From Planctomycetota bacterium (GTDB lineage Bacteria > Planctomycetota > SZUA-567 > H5-PLA8): a stretch of DNA of 64,000 bases. Location: NCBI GenBank assembly GCA_038227875.1, contig JBBRPR010000043.1, positions 1-64,000 on the forward strand, read 5' to 3'. This document shows positions 28,295 to 38,408 of the stretch, in pieces; position 1 is the stretch's first letter, and each line of letters opens with the position of its first letter. Under the pieces are notes generated by a model, which saw nothing but the letters and a program-made list of their open reading frames with translations, was not told where the DNA came from and ran no database searches. Position numbers and translations under genes: made by a program.

Positions 28295-30196
28295 ATGTCA
28301 CTGGTCTCGCTCTCCAATCTTGAAAAGGCGTTCGGTCCGCGCGCTGTCTTGAAACAGCTCTCGCTCTCGGTCGAGCCTGGCGACCGCATGGGGCTGATCG
28401 GGCGCAACGGCTGCGGCAAGTCGACGCTGATCAACATCATCATTGGCCGCGAGGAGACCGACCGCGGGCAGGTGCACCGGTCGCGTGATTTAAAGCTCGC
28501 GTGGCTCGACCAGAATCCCGATCTTAATCCGACGCTCTCCGTGTGGGACGAAGCCCGCACGGCGCTCGCCGGGCTGGCGGAACTCGAACAGCGCATCAAC
28601 GATTGGCACCACAAGATCGCCGAAGCCGAGAACCACGAACTCAGCGCTGCCGAACACGCCGCGTTTGCGCGCGACGAAGCGCAATTCGCCGCGATGGACG
28701 GTTTCAGCCGCGAACGCCGCCTGCAAATCGCGCTCAAGAAACTGGGCCTCGACGAAATGCTCGACCGGCCCTGTGCGCAACTGTCCGGCGGGGAACGGAC
28801 GCGCCTGGCGCTGGCCAAGTTTTTGGTCTCGCCCTTCGACCTGCTGATCCTCGACGAACCGACCAATCACCTCGACGTCAACGGCATCGAATGGCTGCAG
28901 GAAGCGCTGCTGGAAACCGCGCGCACCTTCATCGTCGTCAGCCACGATCGCGCGTTTCTCGACGCCGTCGCCACGAAGGTCGCGGAAATCGAGGACGGTA
29001 AAGTCACGGTGATCAGCGGCAACTACACACAGTTTGCGATGGTCAAGGCCGACCGCCTCAAGTCGTTGCAGCGCGCGGCCGATCTCGAGACAGAATTCCT
29101 TGAGAAGGAAATGGAATTCATCCGCCGCCACATCAACAGCCAGCGCACGCGCGAGGCAAAAGGACGGTTGAAAAAACTCGAACGCCGCGAAGTAATCGAA
29201 GTCAAAGCCGACGAGCGCGCTGTGAACGTGCGCTTCAAGGGCGGAAAGACGCACGCCGATGTGGTGCTCAGCGCGACAGGTTTGAGCAAAGAGCTCGGCG
29301 GAAGGATGCTCTTCAAGGAACTGAGCCTGGAAATTTACCGTGGCGAAAAGATCGGCATCGTCGGCCCCAACGGCGCGGGCAAAACCACACTGCTGAAAGT
29401 ACTGCTCGGAAAACTTCCTGCCACCGAAGGTAAACTGCGCCTCGCGCCGCAACTGCATGTCGGTTCGTTCACGCAGGACCTCTCTCATCTAATCGACGAC
29501 CGGACCGTGTTGGAAGAATATGGCCGTCTGGCCAATCCGCCGAACTTGAACGCCGCACGCGGACCGCTGGGCGCGTACTTGTTTTCGGGCGCTCGTGTCG
29601 AACAGAAAGTCGGCAGCTTAAGCGGCGGAGAGCGCGCGCGGCTGGCGCTGTGCGTGCTCGTCTCGAAAGAAAACGACGTACTGGTGCTCGACGAGCCCAC
29701 AAATCATCTCGACATTCCGTCGCGGCAGGCGCTGGAAGAGTCGCTCCTCAATTACCCCGGCACGTGCCTGATCGTCAGCCACGACCGCCGCTTCCTCGAC
29801 CGCGTGACGACCCGCACGCTCTGGATCGATGGGGCGCGGACGAAGACATACCTCGGCTCATACACCGAAGCCCGCGCGCTGCGCGAAGAAGAACTCGCCG
29901 ACGCGGAAGCCGCTCAGGCCAGCACTGAAGCGCGCCGTGAAAAGGAAAAGCCGTCGAAGGCCGATCCGGTGTTGCCGAAGCAGAAGAAGATCAACGAATT
30001 CAAGCTCAACGCGATCGAGACGGAAATCGCCGAGCTGGAACAGCGCAAGGAGAAGCTGAACGCGGCGCTCTACGACGAGGCGATTTTCCGCGACGGCAAT
30101 AAAATGCGCGAGATCAACGCGGAGTTGGAGGAGATCGAAAGGAAGCTGACGCAGCTTCAGGCCGAATGGGAAGCGGTGATCGATGCGGCGGGATGA
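28295..30196 (+). CDS. ABC-F family ATP-binding protein (Uup/YheS-like)
   Basis: Two ABC cassettes (GRNGCGKS, LSGGE, LDEPTNHLD; GPNGAGKT, LSGGE, LDEPTNHLD), no TM, C-terminal coiled coil. Confidence 0.95.
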   Translation: MSLVSLSNLEKAFGPRAVLKQLSLSVEPGDRMGLIGRNGCGKSTLINIIIGREETDRGQVHRSRDLKLAWLDQNPDLNPTLSVWDEARTALAGLAELEQRINDWHHKIAEAENHELSAAEHAAFARDEAQFAAMDGFSRERRLQIALKKLGLDEMLDRPCAQLSGGERTRLALAKFLVSPFDLLILDEPTNHLDVNGIEWLQEALLETARTFIVVSHDRAFLDAVATKVAEIEDGKVTVISGNYTQFAMVKADRLKSLQRAADLETEFLEKEMEFIRRHINSQRTREAKGRLKKLERREVIEVKADERAVNVRFKGGKTHADVVLSATGLSKELGGRMLFKELSLEIYRGEKIGIVGPNGAGKTTLLKVLLGKLPATEGKLRLAPQLHVGSFTQDLSHLIDDRTVLEEYGRLANPPNLNAARGPLGAYLFSGARVEQKVGSLSGGERARLALCVLVSKENDVLVLDEPTNHLDIPSRQALEESLLNYPGTCLIVSHDRRFLDRVTTRTLWIDGARTKTYLGSYTEARALREEELADAEAAQASTEARREKEKPSKADPVLPKQKKINEFKLNAIETEIAELEQRKEKLNAALYDEAIFRDGNKMREINAELEEIERKLTQLQAEWEAVIDAAG

Positions 30197-30250
30197 AGCG
30201 AGCAGTCAAGCGGTGAACAGGCGAGCAGGTGAGAGGCGTACGGTGTTCCT

Positions 30251-31075
30251 ATGGCAGCGCTGAATTTTTCGACCAACATCCGTCTCGGCCTCTGGCTGGA
30301 CGATTTGAAACTCGGCATCAAGGACGGCCTGAAACTGGTTGCGCCGATGCTGCCGGATGTGCTTGGCATCGATGCGTTCAGCGCGGAACTGTCGCCGCGC
30401 ACGCTGAGCCAGACGGGACGGCGCGATCTCGCGAATCTGGTGCGGATGAAAGGGATGAAACTCTCCACACTGCGCGCCGATGTGGGCGGCCGGCGTCTGG
30501 CCGATCCGCAGACACTGGACGTCAACCTCGGACGCATCCGCGAAGCGCTGCAAATGTGCGCCGACGTAGGAGCAAAGGCGCTGGTCGTGCCCGCCGGATA
30601 CGTGCCGCCAGCCGACGACAAAAACGGCACGACCGCGCGTTCGACGCTGACGGAAGCGGCGCGAACGCTGGCGGGATTCGTCTCGAATACCGGCGTGCGC
30701 GTGTGCTGGTCGGGCGGCAATGAACCGCCGGAAGTCCTCGCGGAATTCTTGAAGCAGGTCGATTCCAGCGGCATCATGGACATCGAATTCAGCCCCGGCG
30801 GACTGGTGATGCGTGGCATCGATCCGGTGAAAGCGCTGAACGTGCTCGGCTCGCGCATTTTCCTGGTGAAGGCCATCGATCATTACCAGGGGGGCGCGGA
30901 AGCACCGTTTGGCAAGGGCGACGTTCCGTGGGGCGCGACGATGGTCGGCATTTCGACGCTCAATAAAAATGCGCCGATCGATTTCCTGGCGGGTTGTTCG
31001 CTCGACGGCGATCGCGTGCAGATGCTTGCGACCGCATACGCCAGACTCGTGGCGCTGCGCAAAAATCCGATGTGA
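30251..31075 (+). CDS. Sugar phosphate isomerase/epimerase-like TIM-barrel protein
   Basis: AP_endonuc_2-like layout, ending KAID...EAPFGKGDVPW; several usual metal ligands look substituted. Confidence 0.7.
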   Translation: MAALNFSTNIRLGLWLDDLKLGIKDGLKLVAPMLPDVLGIDAFSAELSPRTLSQTGRRDLANLVRMKGMKLSTLRADVGGRRLADPQTLDVNLGRIREALQMCADVGAKALVVPAGYVPPADDKNGTTARSTLTEAARTLAGFVSNTGVRVCWSGGNEPPEVLAEFLKQVDSSGIMDIEFSPGGLVMRGIDPVKALNVLGSRIFLVKAIDHYQGGAEAPFGKGDVPWGATMVGISTLNKNAPIDFLAGCSLDGDRVQMLATAYARLVALRKNPM

Positions 31076-31086
31076 TGAGTTGCAGC

Positions 31087-31893
31087 TCACGCTCCGAAGA
31101 TGACACGCTCGCCAACCTGCATCACCTTGACGTTCTGTTCCGGCGCGTTGATCGAGAGGCCTTTCGCGAACACCTGCGGATCTTCAGTATAGCCTTTGAA
31201 CATGCCGTAATGCATCGGAATCGCCAACCGCGGCTGGTGGTTGCAGCAGAAGTACACAGCCTGCTGCCAGAATAAATTATCCACACCGCTGATCGGCAGA
31301 AACGCGACGTCGAGCTTGAATTTGCTCAGCCGCGCGTCCCAGCCCGGATAGGGCTGCGTGTCGCCGGTATGGTAGAGCGTCACGCCGTTGCCCTGGATCA
31401 CGTAGCCCAGAAAGCAGAATCCCAACTCGGGTTTGAAGTCCAGCCGCTGGTGCGCAGCCGGAATCGCGTGAATTTTTAACGTATCGAGACCCAACGCGTC
31501 GTCACCGCGCAGCGACTTCAGGCGCGCGGCGGGCACGCCCAGTTTCTCCGTAAACTCGCGATGCCACTCGGGAACCACGATGGTCGCGTGCGACGACGCG
31601 GCGGCGGCGCCAGGGAGTGTCTTCGGGTCGATGTGATCGTAATGATGATGCGTGCAGCAGATCAGATCCGCATCGGTGAATTCCGCCGGCGTCAGCGGCG
31701 TCTCCTGCATTGTCGGCGGGTCATCGGTCTCCGCGCGGTAAAATGGGTCGAGGTAGATGATCGACACGCCCAGCTTCACGCAGAACGTCGCCTGACCCAG
31801 CCACCAGATCGCGGCCTGGCCGTGTTTCACCTCTGTCGCGCGAATTTCCTGCTGCAGCGCGGAGCCTTTTAAAATCGCGGGCGTGCGGGGCAT
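31087..31893 (-). CDS. MBL-fold metallo-hydrolase (UlaG-like)
   Basis: WWLGQA, LDP, THHHYDH, PAAH, YHTGDT, IPMHYG. Confidence 0.9.
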   Translation of the reverse strand: MPRTPAILKGSALQQEIRATEVKHGQAAIWWLGQATFCVKLGVSIIYLDPFYRAETDDPPTMQETPLTPAEFTDADLICCTHHHYDHIDPKTLPGAAAASSHATIVVPEWHREFTEKLGVPAARLKSLRGDDALGLDTLKIHAIPAAHQRLDFKPELGFCFLGYVIQGNGVTLYHTGDTQPYPGWDARLSKFKLDVAFLPISGVDNLFWQQAVYFCCNHQPRLAIPMHYGMFKGYTEDPQVFAKGLSINAPEQNVKVMQVGERVIFGA

Positions 31894-31926
31894 CGGGGAG
31901 TTCTCCTGTTGGCCCAATAGCTTAAT

Positions 31927-32057
31927 ATCTCACGCAAAGCCGCCAAGACGCAAAGACCGGCTACAGCAAATAGACAGGATTTTGGATCGCGCACAATTGC
32001 TAAATCCATGCCCAAATCCGTTGCTGTTCTTAGCGTCTTTGCGTCTTTGCGTGAGAT
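31927..32057. repeat. 30-bp inverted repeat made of CGCAAAGA units
   Basis: atctcacgcaaagccgccaagacgcaaaga ... tcttagcgtctttgcgtctttgcgtgagat. Confidence 0.85.
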
Positions 32058-32082
32058 TGAAAACTACTTTCGCGCGGGAAAC

Positions 32083-33663
32083 TCAGTTCACTTCCACAAT
32101 CGCATACGTCTGCACGCCCTTCAGCGTGAACTTCGCGTTTGCGGTGCCGGTTTCGATGATGGTGAGTTGCGGAGTCGGCTCATCGGGGGAGTGGGCGGCG
32201 AGCGTACGGCCACCGCAGCCGGGGAGCGCGACGGTGGCGTCGACGGGCTTCGAGGTGTAGTTGATGACGTGGACCCAGCGCTTCGTACCTTTGCCCCAGA
32301 GCAGCGCGATAAGATTCCCGACGGATTCCACTTCAATGGGCGGCTCGCCCGCGAAGCGCCGGATGTCTTCCAGCCAGGCTTTCGCACTCTCCGCAGTCAG
32401 CGGCATGCCGTGGTGGAGAATGCGGCCTTTGCCCTTTTCTTCCTCCGAACGCGGGGCGTCCGCGCTCGTCGCTTGCAGTGAGGTGCCGCCGAATTGCGAA
32501 GCGAAGGTGCTCAGCGCCTCCGAGGTGGCCGGGGTCGCAGCGCGCAGATGCGTGCCGATCAGCACGCGGTATTTCTTGAGATCGAAGCTGCCCAACTGGC
32601 CGGCGGGAATCACATCGAACTGGATGCCGTGCCGGAGCAACTGCGCGAGCGCGGAGTCGGAGCGGAGGCTGGCGAGCGACGCGGCATCGTCATCAACCAG
32701 GAGTGCAACGGAATTGACCGGATCGGCGCCACTAAGAAGGTCGGCGTGTTCGGCGAAGAAATTCTGATACGCCGCCGGCATTCGCAGGCCGTGGCAACTG
32801 CCGCCCATGGCCAGAATTTCGGCTGTGGCCACGCGCGCTTCCTTTTCCGTCAGGCCTTCGGCAAGGCCGCAGACGAAACCGAGGTCACGTCCGCCAAGCT
32901 CGAAGAGCGCTTTGAGTGCGATCAGGTTGGCGCCGGGATGTTCAGAATCGAGCACGGGTTTGTCGAGCGCTTCGACGCGCTTGAGATTGGTAGAAGCGGC
33001 CAGCGCCGGAAGGGACGCGGCGCAGAAGAAGAGCATCTCGCCGGATTCCGGCGGACGCGCGGTTGTGGCGATTTCGCGCAGCCACGTCAGGAAACTGGCG
33101 GCCTCGGCCTCGGTGGCGTGAACGTCGCTGAAATAAAATCCATCAAATCCTGCGCCGGCGGCCATGCGGACTTTGTGCGACAGGTATTGCCGCCAGCCGT
33201 CGTGATGCGCGTTCATCTGCAGACAATTTTCGTTGCGGTGCGAGACGGGTTTGCCGTCGGTTTGCCGTTCCAGCCAGCTCTTGGCCTCCGCCACGCGCGG
33301 CAGGAACTCTGCCGCAAAGCAGCCGGTCAGCGAAAGATCGGCGATGGCGCGGATCTTCTTTTTCTTGAGCAGCGGCAGGAGCAGCGAGACCAGTTCCCAC
33401 TGCGGAACGTCGCCTTCGAGCGAGAATCCCGGCGACCAAGTCAGCACAACGGCGTTGATCTTCTTCTCCGTCAACTCCGCGACCAGATCCGCGCTGTACC
33501 GGCCCGCGCAGAGCAATCCCGCCGGCGTCTTGTCCCACAACCCGGAATAGATCAGCCGTGCGGCCTCGGCCGGCCCTCCAGGCACATGAGCCAGCCGCAA
33601 TTTTCCGCGCACGGCCCAACCTGGAGTTTTCGCCGCGCCTTTTGCTCGATTTGTTGCTGCCAT
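32083..33663 (-). CDS. Hypothetical glycoside hydrolase-like protein (TIM barrel plus class I amidotransferase-like/trimerisation domain)
   Basis: GFDGFYFSD; LLRHGIQFDVI...DLKKYRVLI; VHVINY. Confidence 0.6.
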   Translation of the reverse strand: MAATNRAKGAAKTPGWAVRGKLRLAHVPGGPAEAARLIYSGLWDKTPAGLLCAGRYSADLVAELTEKKINAVVLTWSPGFSLEGDVPQWELVSLLLPLLKKKKIRAIADLSLTGCFAAEFLPRVAEAKSWLERQTDGKPVSHRNENCLQMNAHHDGWRQYLSHKVRMAAGAGFDGFYFSDVHATEAEAASFLTWLREIATTARPPESGEMLFFCAASLPALAASTNLKRVEALDKPVLDSEHPGANLIALKALFELGGRDLGFVCGLAEGLTEKEARVATAEILAMGGSCHGLRMPAAYQNFFAEHADLLSGADPVNSVALLVDDDAASLASLRSDSALAQLLRHGIQFDVIPAGQLGSFDLKKYRVLIGTHLRAATPATSEALSTFASQFGGTSLQATSADAPRSEEEKGKGRILHHGMPLTAESAKAWLEDIRRFAGEPPIEVESVGNLIALLWGKGTKRWVHVINYTSKPVDATVALPGCGGRTLAAHSPDEPTPQLTIIETGTANAKFTLKGVQTYAIVEVN

Positions 33664-33844
33664 CCGTCGCTTTAACTCCCTGATTTAGAGTGGACTCGGT
33701 ATCGGCAGAATTGGGTCCGGAGTTCATCAATTGCGCGGGCCTCAAAAATCGAACTTCGAGCGAATTGGGAAATGTGATTTTTGACACAATTGGTATGCTT
33801 GATACGGTTAAATCGTAACACTCTGAAAAGGATGACATCGACCG

Positions 33845-34648
33845 ATGAAAGTCGCAATCAATTCATGTACGTGGGGTGCGTATGCGGGCTTCACGAAAGT
33901 GCCACTGACGGCGGAGCACTTTTTTGCCGAAGCTGCGGCGGCCGGGTATGCGGGCGTTGAGGTTGGCGGCGGCAGGAATTTTCTGGGTTCGCCACCCGAT
34001 TGCATGAAACTCGCCAGGCGTTATGGGCTGGAACTCGCTGCTTATGGCACAAGCGTGACGTACAACCCATGGAAACCGAACACCGACGCCTATCGCGCGG
34101 ACATTGAGTACGCGGCGGACCTGGGCGTAAAAATGCTGATGGTCTGCGGCGGGTTCATGCCTGTCCAGCGGCGCAACACGTATGATTTCGACTACGACAT
34201 GTTCGCCGGCAATCTCAGCGCGCTGATCCGCTACGCGGCGAAGTATAAAATCGTCGCGGCGTTTCATCCGCATCGCGGCTGCATTGTCGAGACGGTCGAA
34301 GAGGCCGCAAAAATGGTGAAGCGCTTGAAGGCATTGAAATTCTGCGTCGACACCGCGCATCTGGAAGGCGCCGGCTCTAACGCACTGAAATTCATCAACA
34401 CCTACGGAAAGCGCTGCGTCTATGCGCACGTCAAGGATTTCCGCTGGGACACCGGCGCGTTCACCGAACTGGGTAAGGGAAAGAGCAAACTGAATGTAGC
34501 TGACTGCGTCGCGGCGCTGCGCAAGAAAGGCGCGGTGGAGTGGCTCTGCGTCGAACTGGATAAAAAATTCGAAGGCGATAAGCCGCGCACGCCGCTGGAG
34601 AGCGCGAAGATCAGCCGCCGGTATTTGAAATCGAAGTGCGGGCTGTAA
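33845..34648 (+). CDS. Sugar phosphate isomerase/epimerase (IolE-like)
   Basis: AGYAGVE, FHPH, DTAH, HVKD, ELGKG, WLCVELD. Confidence 0.85.
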   Translation: MKVAINSCTWGAYAGFTKVPLTAEHFFAEAAAAGYAGVEVGGGRNFLGSPPDCMKLARRYGLELAAYGTSVTYNPWKPNTDAYRADIEYAADLGVKMLMVCGGFMPVQRRNTYDFDYDMFAGNLSALIRYAAKYKIVAAFHPHRGCIVETVEEAAKMVKRLKALKFCVDTAHLEGAGSNALKFINTYGKRCVYAHVKDFRWDTGAFTELGKGKSKLNVADCVAALRKKGAVEWLCVELDKKFEGDKPRTPLESAKISRRYLKSKCGL

Positions 34649-34649
34649 T

Positions 34650-34682
34650 AAAAAGCGCCCCGCATTCGCGGGGCGCCTTTTT
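34650..34682. terminator. Bidirectional rho-independent terminator
   Basis: aaaaagcgccccgc-attc-gcggggcgccttttt between convergent genes. Confidence 0.85.
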
Positions 34683-34703
34683 CAAATTCACACTCCAGAC
34701 TGC

Positions 34704-35579
34704 TTACGCGCTGCGCAGGAAATTCAGCCCGTGGGTCAGTCCGGCCTTCTCGCCGTCTTCGTTGGTGTTGAAGTTTTCGTCTTCCAGTTCGATGCTGACG
34801 ACGCCCTTATAGTTGTGCGCCGCGAGAATCTTGAACACTTCCGTCCAGCGCGTGCAGCCGTGGCCGGGGATCGTGTAGCGCCAGGCGTGCTCGCCGAAAC
34901 CGTGGCCCTTGGTGAACGCCGAGCCCTGGTACAGCCCGTATTCGTACACGTTTTCGGAGAGGACTTCCGTGTCCTTGCCGTGGACGTGCCAGACGCGCGC
35001 CGCGAATTCATTGAGGAAGCGGATGTGATCGATGCCCATGCGGATCAAGTGCGACGGATCGTAGTTGACGCCAATCGACTTGGTGCCCGATTCCTTGATC
35101 AGCGCGCGGTAGGTTTCCGGATTGCAGCCGGGATTCGGCAGATTGCCGCCGCCAGGCCAGCCTTCGATGGCGATGAACGCACCGAGTTCGTCGGCGGCTT
35201 TGCCAGCGGTGGTGCAGTAATCCAGCGCGTAGTCGAAGTTTTCCTTGCGGCCCTTGCTGCCGTCGGCGCAGAGGCAGGCGAAGAACACTTTCGCGCCGGC
35301 CGCCGAAGCTTCCTTCATGTAGGCGACGTTCTTGGCGATCGCTTCCTTGCGCTTGCCGGAATCCGGCGAGACGATGCCGCCGAAGTCGACGACGTCGGCC
35401 GAGCCGAGCTGCAAGCCGGCGGACTTCAGCGTCTTGACGTCTTCGCTTGTCGCCGCGCCCAGGTCGACGTGATCGAAGCCGGCCGACTTCGCCCACGTCG
35501 ACAGGTTCTTCAGGTTCTTCTGCCACTCACTCCAGCCACGCCGGAAACCGATCGGGAAATTGCCCGTCCGAGTGCCCAT
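34704..35579 (-). CDS. Sugar phosphate isomerase/epimerase family protein
   Basis: IEGWP, NYDPSHL, HVHGKD, RYTIPGHG, SIELED. Confidence 0.9.
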   Translation of the reverse strand: MGTRTGNFPIGFRRGWSEWQKNLKNLSTWAKSAGFDHVDLGAATSEDVKTLKSAGLQLGSADVVDFGGIVSPDSGKRKEAIAKNVAYMKEASAAGAKVFFACLCADGSKGRKENFDYALDYCTTAGKAADELGAFIAIEGWPGGGNLPNPGCNPETYRALIKESGTKSIGVNYDPSHLIRMGIDHIRFLNEFAARVWHVHGKDTEVLSENVYEYGLYQGSAFTKGHGFGEHAWRYTIPGHGCTRWTEVFKILAAHNYKGVVSIELEDENFNTNEDGEKAGLTHGLNFLRSA

Positions 35580-35743
35580 GCTGCACAGTCCTCTCAAAAA
35601 AGTATGTCAGTTGGTTTGCAGGCTCCCGACGACGACGCCGGAAGCCCAATAGTGTAAAACACTAGTCGCCAAACCGGGCATGGCAATAGCAAGCCGGGAA
35701 TACGAGCGCCCGATGGCAGGACTGAGCTTGACAAGGGGTGTTT

Positions 35744-36238
35744 ATGGGCGAATGGACTTCGAAATTGGGCATCCAGCAGTGGCTGTTTTTCACGCTGCTT
35801 TCAGCGGTCTTTGCCGCGGCCACAAATATTCTGGGAAAGATTGGCGTCGAGAAGATCAATTCCAACATGGCGACGTGGATCCGCGTGATCGTGATCTTCT
35901 TCGTCACCAGCGGCATCATCGCGCTGCGAAATGAATGGGTGCCGCCCGCGACGATTCCCAACCGCACGCTGCTGTTCCTGGTGCTCTCTGGAATCGCGAC
36001 GGGGCTCTCGTGGCTCTGTTACTACCGCGCCCTGCAACTCGGCCAGGCGTCGTTGATCGGCCCGGTCGACAAGCTCAGCGTAATCCTGGTAATGATCATG
36101 GGCGTGCTATTTCTGGGCGAATCGTTGAGCGTCAAGCAATGGATCGGCGGCGCGCTGATTCTCGCGGGGGTCTTGTGCGTGGCGTGGCCGGAAACGAAGC
36201 CAGACGTTCCCGCGGCGGCCATTCAGCAGGCGAAGTAA
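35744..36238 (+). CDS. EamA/DMT family membrane protein
   Basis: LLSAVFAA...KIG...ATWIR...SGIATGLSWLCYYRALQ.G.AS...PVDKLS...LGE. Confidence 0.9.
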   Translation: MGEWTSKLGIQQWLFFTLLSAVFAAATNILGKIGVEKINSNMATWIRVIVIFFVTSGIIALRNEWVPPATIPNRTLLFLVLSGIATGLSWLCYYRALQLGQASLIGPVDKLSVILVMIMGVLFLGESLSVKQWIGGALILAGVLCVAWPETKPDVPAAAIQQAK

Positions 36239-36339
36239 GTCAGCAGGCGAAGTAAATTTTTGCGGTTTGACATCCGCGAACCGGATGAAAAGATGAGCGC
36301 GTTCACACATTCGTCAACCCGGGATTGCGAGGAACCTTC

Positions 36340-36936
36340 ATGCTACAGAAACGATCGATCATGACCGTGTTGGCGGCATTGGCGGCTGTCTGCGTAACGC
36401 AGAGCGCGTTCGCGCATCCCGGTCATCACGTTTACGGACTTTCCAGCGGCCTGTCGCATCCGCTCGGCGGCGCCGACCATTTATTGGCGATGATCGCCGT
36501 CGGCGTGTGGGCCGCGCAGTTGGGTGGACGGGCGCTGTGGATGCTGCCGTGCGCGTTTGTCGCGACGATGGCCGGCGGTGCTGCGCTCGGCATGAACGGC
36601 CTGCACCTTCCGATGCTCGAAAGCGGCGTCGCCGCGTCGGTGCTGGTCCTGGGATTGGTGATCGCGACGGCGACCAAGGCGCCGCTCTACGCCAGCCTGC
36701 CGCTCGTCGCGCTGTTTGCTCTTTTCCACGGCGTGGCGCACGGCACTGAACTTCCGGTCGATGCCTCCGCATTGAGCTACGGCGTCGGCTTCATCGCCGC
36801 GACGCTCGCGCTGCACGGCATGGGCTTGGCGCTGGGCACGCTGACCAAGCGCTTGTCGGCTTCGCAGACGCTCTTCCGCACCGCCGGTGCCGCGATTTCG
36901 TTCTGCGGACTGATGCTCCTGGCCGGCGCGATCTGA
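36340..36936 (+). CDS. HupE/UreJ family nickel/cobalt transporter
   Basis: AHPGH, G..HPL.G.DHLLAM.AVG.WA, FHG.AHG.E, T..LH. Confidence 0.93.
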   Translation: MLQKRSIMTVLAALAAVCVTQSAFAHPGHHVYGLSSGLSHPLGGADHLLAMIAVGVWAAQLGGRALWMLPCAFVATMAGGAALGMNGLHLPMLESGVAASVLVLGLVIATATKAPLYASLPLVALFALFHGVAHGTELPVDASALSYGVGFIAATLALHGMGLALGTLTKRLSASQTLFRTAGAAISFCGLMLLAGAI

Positions 36937-36962
36937 CGGCACGCACGCTCTCTTGAAAACCG

Positions 36963-36996
36963 AAAGCGCCACCGGCAGAACCGGTGGCGCTTTTTT
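36963..36996 (+). terminator. Rho-independent terminator
   Basis: aaagcgccaccgg-cagaa-ccggtggcgc followed by T6. Confidence 0.88.
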
Positions 36997-37028
36997 AATC
37001 GAGGTCTTCGATTTTCATCGCTATCACC

Positions 37029-37643
37029 ATGCTCAGTATGTCCAGCGTCTCCGAATGGCTGCATCACATTCCCGGGCTGGAGCGCCTGCGGCAATTGCCG
37101 TGGGGGCGTATCGGTTCGCTGTACATCGGTGAAAAACTGGCGCTGGGCGTGCTCACGTTTGTGACGGTCACGGAAGTCGTCGTCGCCGCCAATCGCTTCA
37201 TGGCAATGGAATTTGCTTTCCCCGTCGCACGAAAAACCGTGCGCTCACCGAAGCGCAAAAAAGGCTTTGGCCTTAAACACCTCGCGCTGGCGCTGTTGGC
37301 CTTGCTGCCCGGCGGACTGGTCGGCACGTTCAGCGTGATCCTGGTGATGGGCAAGGAACACTGGCGCCGCGACGCGTTCTGGATCGTCGGCATCTCGCTG
37401 CCGTTCGCGTTGATGCTCTTCCTGTTGCGCGCGTCCTTTTTTCCGTGGCCGCACTGGGCCGACGCGCTCTACATCAGCGGCACGATCGGCCTGATCTTCG
37501 GCATCCTGCACGCGTGGGCGATGATTAAACTTCTGCGCGAATGGTGGGGCGAGCCCGACGAATGCGTGGCGTGGTGGCCGCCGTTGGCGCTGTGGTGCCA
37601 GGCGCTGATGCTCGCGGCGGTGCTCTACCGGATTTTTGCGTAA
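37029..37643 (+). CDS. Hypothetical membrane protein
   Basis: 204 aa with about five hydrophobic segments; fills the gap exactly up to larB. Confidence 0.65.
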   Translation: MLSMSSVSEWLHHIPGLERLRQLPWGRIGSLYIGEKLALGVLTFVTVTEVVVAANRFMAMEFAFPVARKTVRSPKRKKGFGLKHLALALLALLPGGLVGTFSVILVMGKEHWRRDAFWIVGISLPFALMLFLLRASFFPWPHWADALYISGTIGLIFGILHAWAMIKLLREWWGEPDECVAWWPPLALWCQALMLAAVLYRIFA

Positions 37644-37644
37644 G

Positions 37645-38403
37645 TTATTTCGGAGAAACTCTGGAGACGATACGCAGTGCGCTCATCGCCGCACCGAAGC
37701 CGTTGTCGATGTTCACGACGCTCACGCCGGACGCGCAGGAATTGAGCATGCCCAGCAGTGCCGCGACGCCATTGAAGCTCGCGCCGTAACCGATGCTCGT
37801 CGGCACCGCAATCACCGGACACGAGACGAGTCCGCCGACTACGCTGGGCATCGCGCCTTCCATGCCTGCGATGGCGATCACCGCCGTCGCGCTGCGCAGA
37901 TCGGGCATCACGTCCAGCAGGCGGTGCAGACCGGCCACGCCGACGTCGTAGATCTTTTTCGCCGGACATCCGAACGCGCGCAGCGTATCGAGCGCTTCTT
38001 CGGCGACGGGAATGTCGCTGGTACCCGCGGCGACGACGGCGATCACCGCGTTGGTCTTCAGCGGCACGGGCTTGCCGGCCAGCAATGTGCGGCCGCGTGG
38101 GTTGTATTCGGCCTTGCGAAATTTCTTTTTGATCGCCGCGGCCTGTTCGGGCGTCACGCGCGTCACCAGCACGCAGGGCGTGCGCTTCAAACTGTGTTGC
38201 AGGATGTGGATGATGTCGCCGGCCGTCTTGCCGCCGCCGAAAATCACCTCGGCAAATCCGCAGCGCAGTTCGCGGTGGTGATCGACGCGGGCGATGCCGA
38301 GATTCGAAAACGGCAGCTGCGCCAGCGCTTCGAGGGCTTCGGTCGGCGAGCACGTGTTGTCTTTCACGCGCTCTAAAAGGGAGAGAAGTTTTTTGCGTTC
38401 CAT
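37645..38403 (-). CDS. larB: Nickel pincer cofactor biosynthesis protein LarB (AIR carboxylase-like)
   Basis: D.HR..R.GF.EVI.G.GKT, AGTSDIPVAEEA, DVGVAGLHRL, AGMEGA.PSVVGGL, PTS.GYG, MLNSCA.G..VVNIDNGFGA. Confidence 0.93.
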   Translation of the reverse strand: MERKKLLSLLERVKDNTCSPTEALEALAQLPFSNLGIARVDHHRELRCGFAEVIFGGGKTAGDIIHILQHSLKRTPCVLVTRVTPEQAAAIKKKFRKAEYNPRGRTLLAGKPVPLKTNAVIAVVAAGTSDIPVAEEALDTLRAFGCPAKKIYDVGVAGLHRLLDVMPDLRSATAVIAIAGMEGAMPSVVGGLVSCPVIAVPTSIGYGASFNGVAALLGMLNSCASGVSVVNIDNGFGAAMSALRIVSRVSPK

Positions 38404-38408
38404 GGTTG

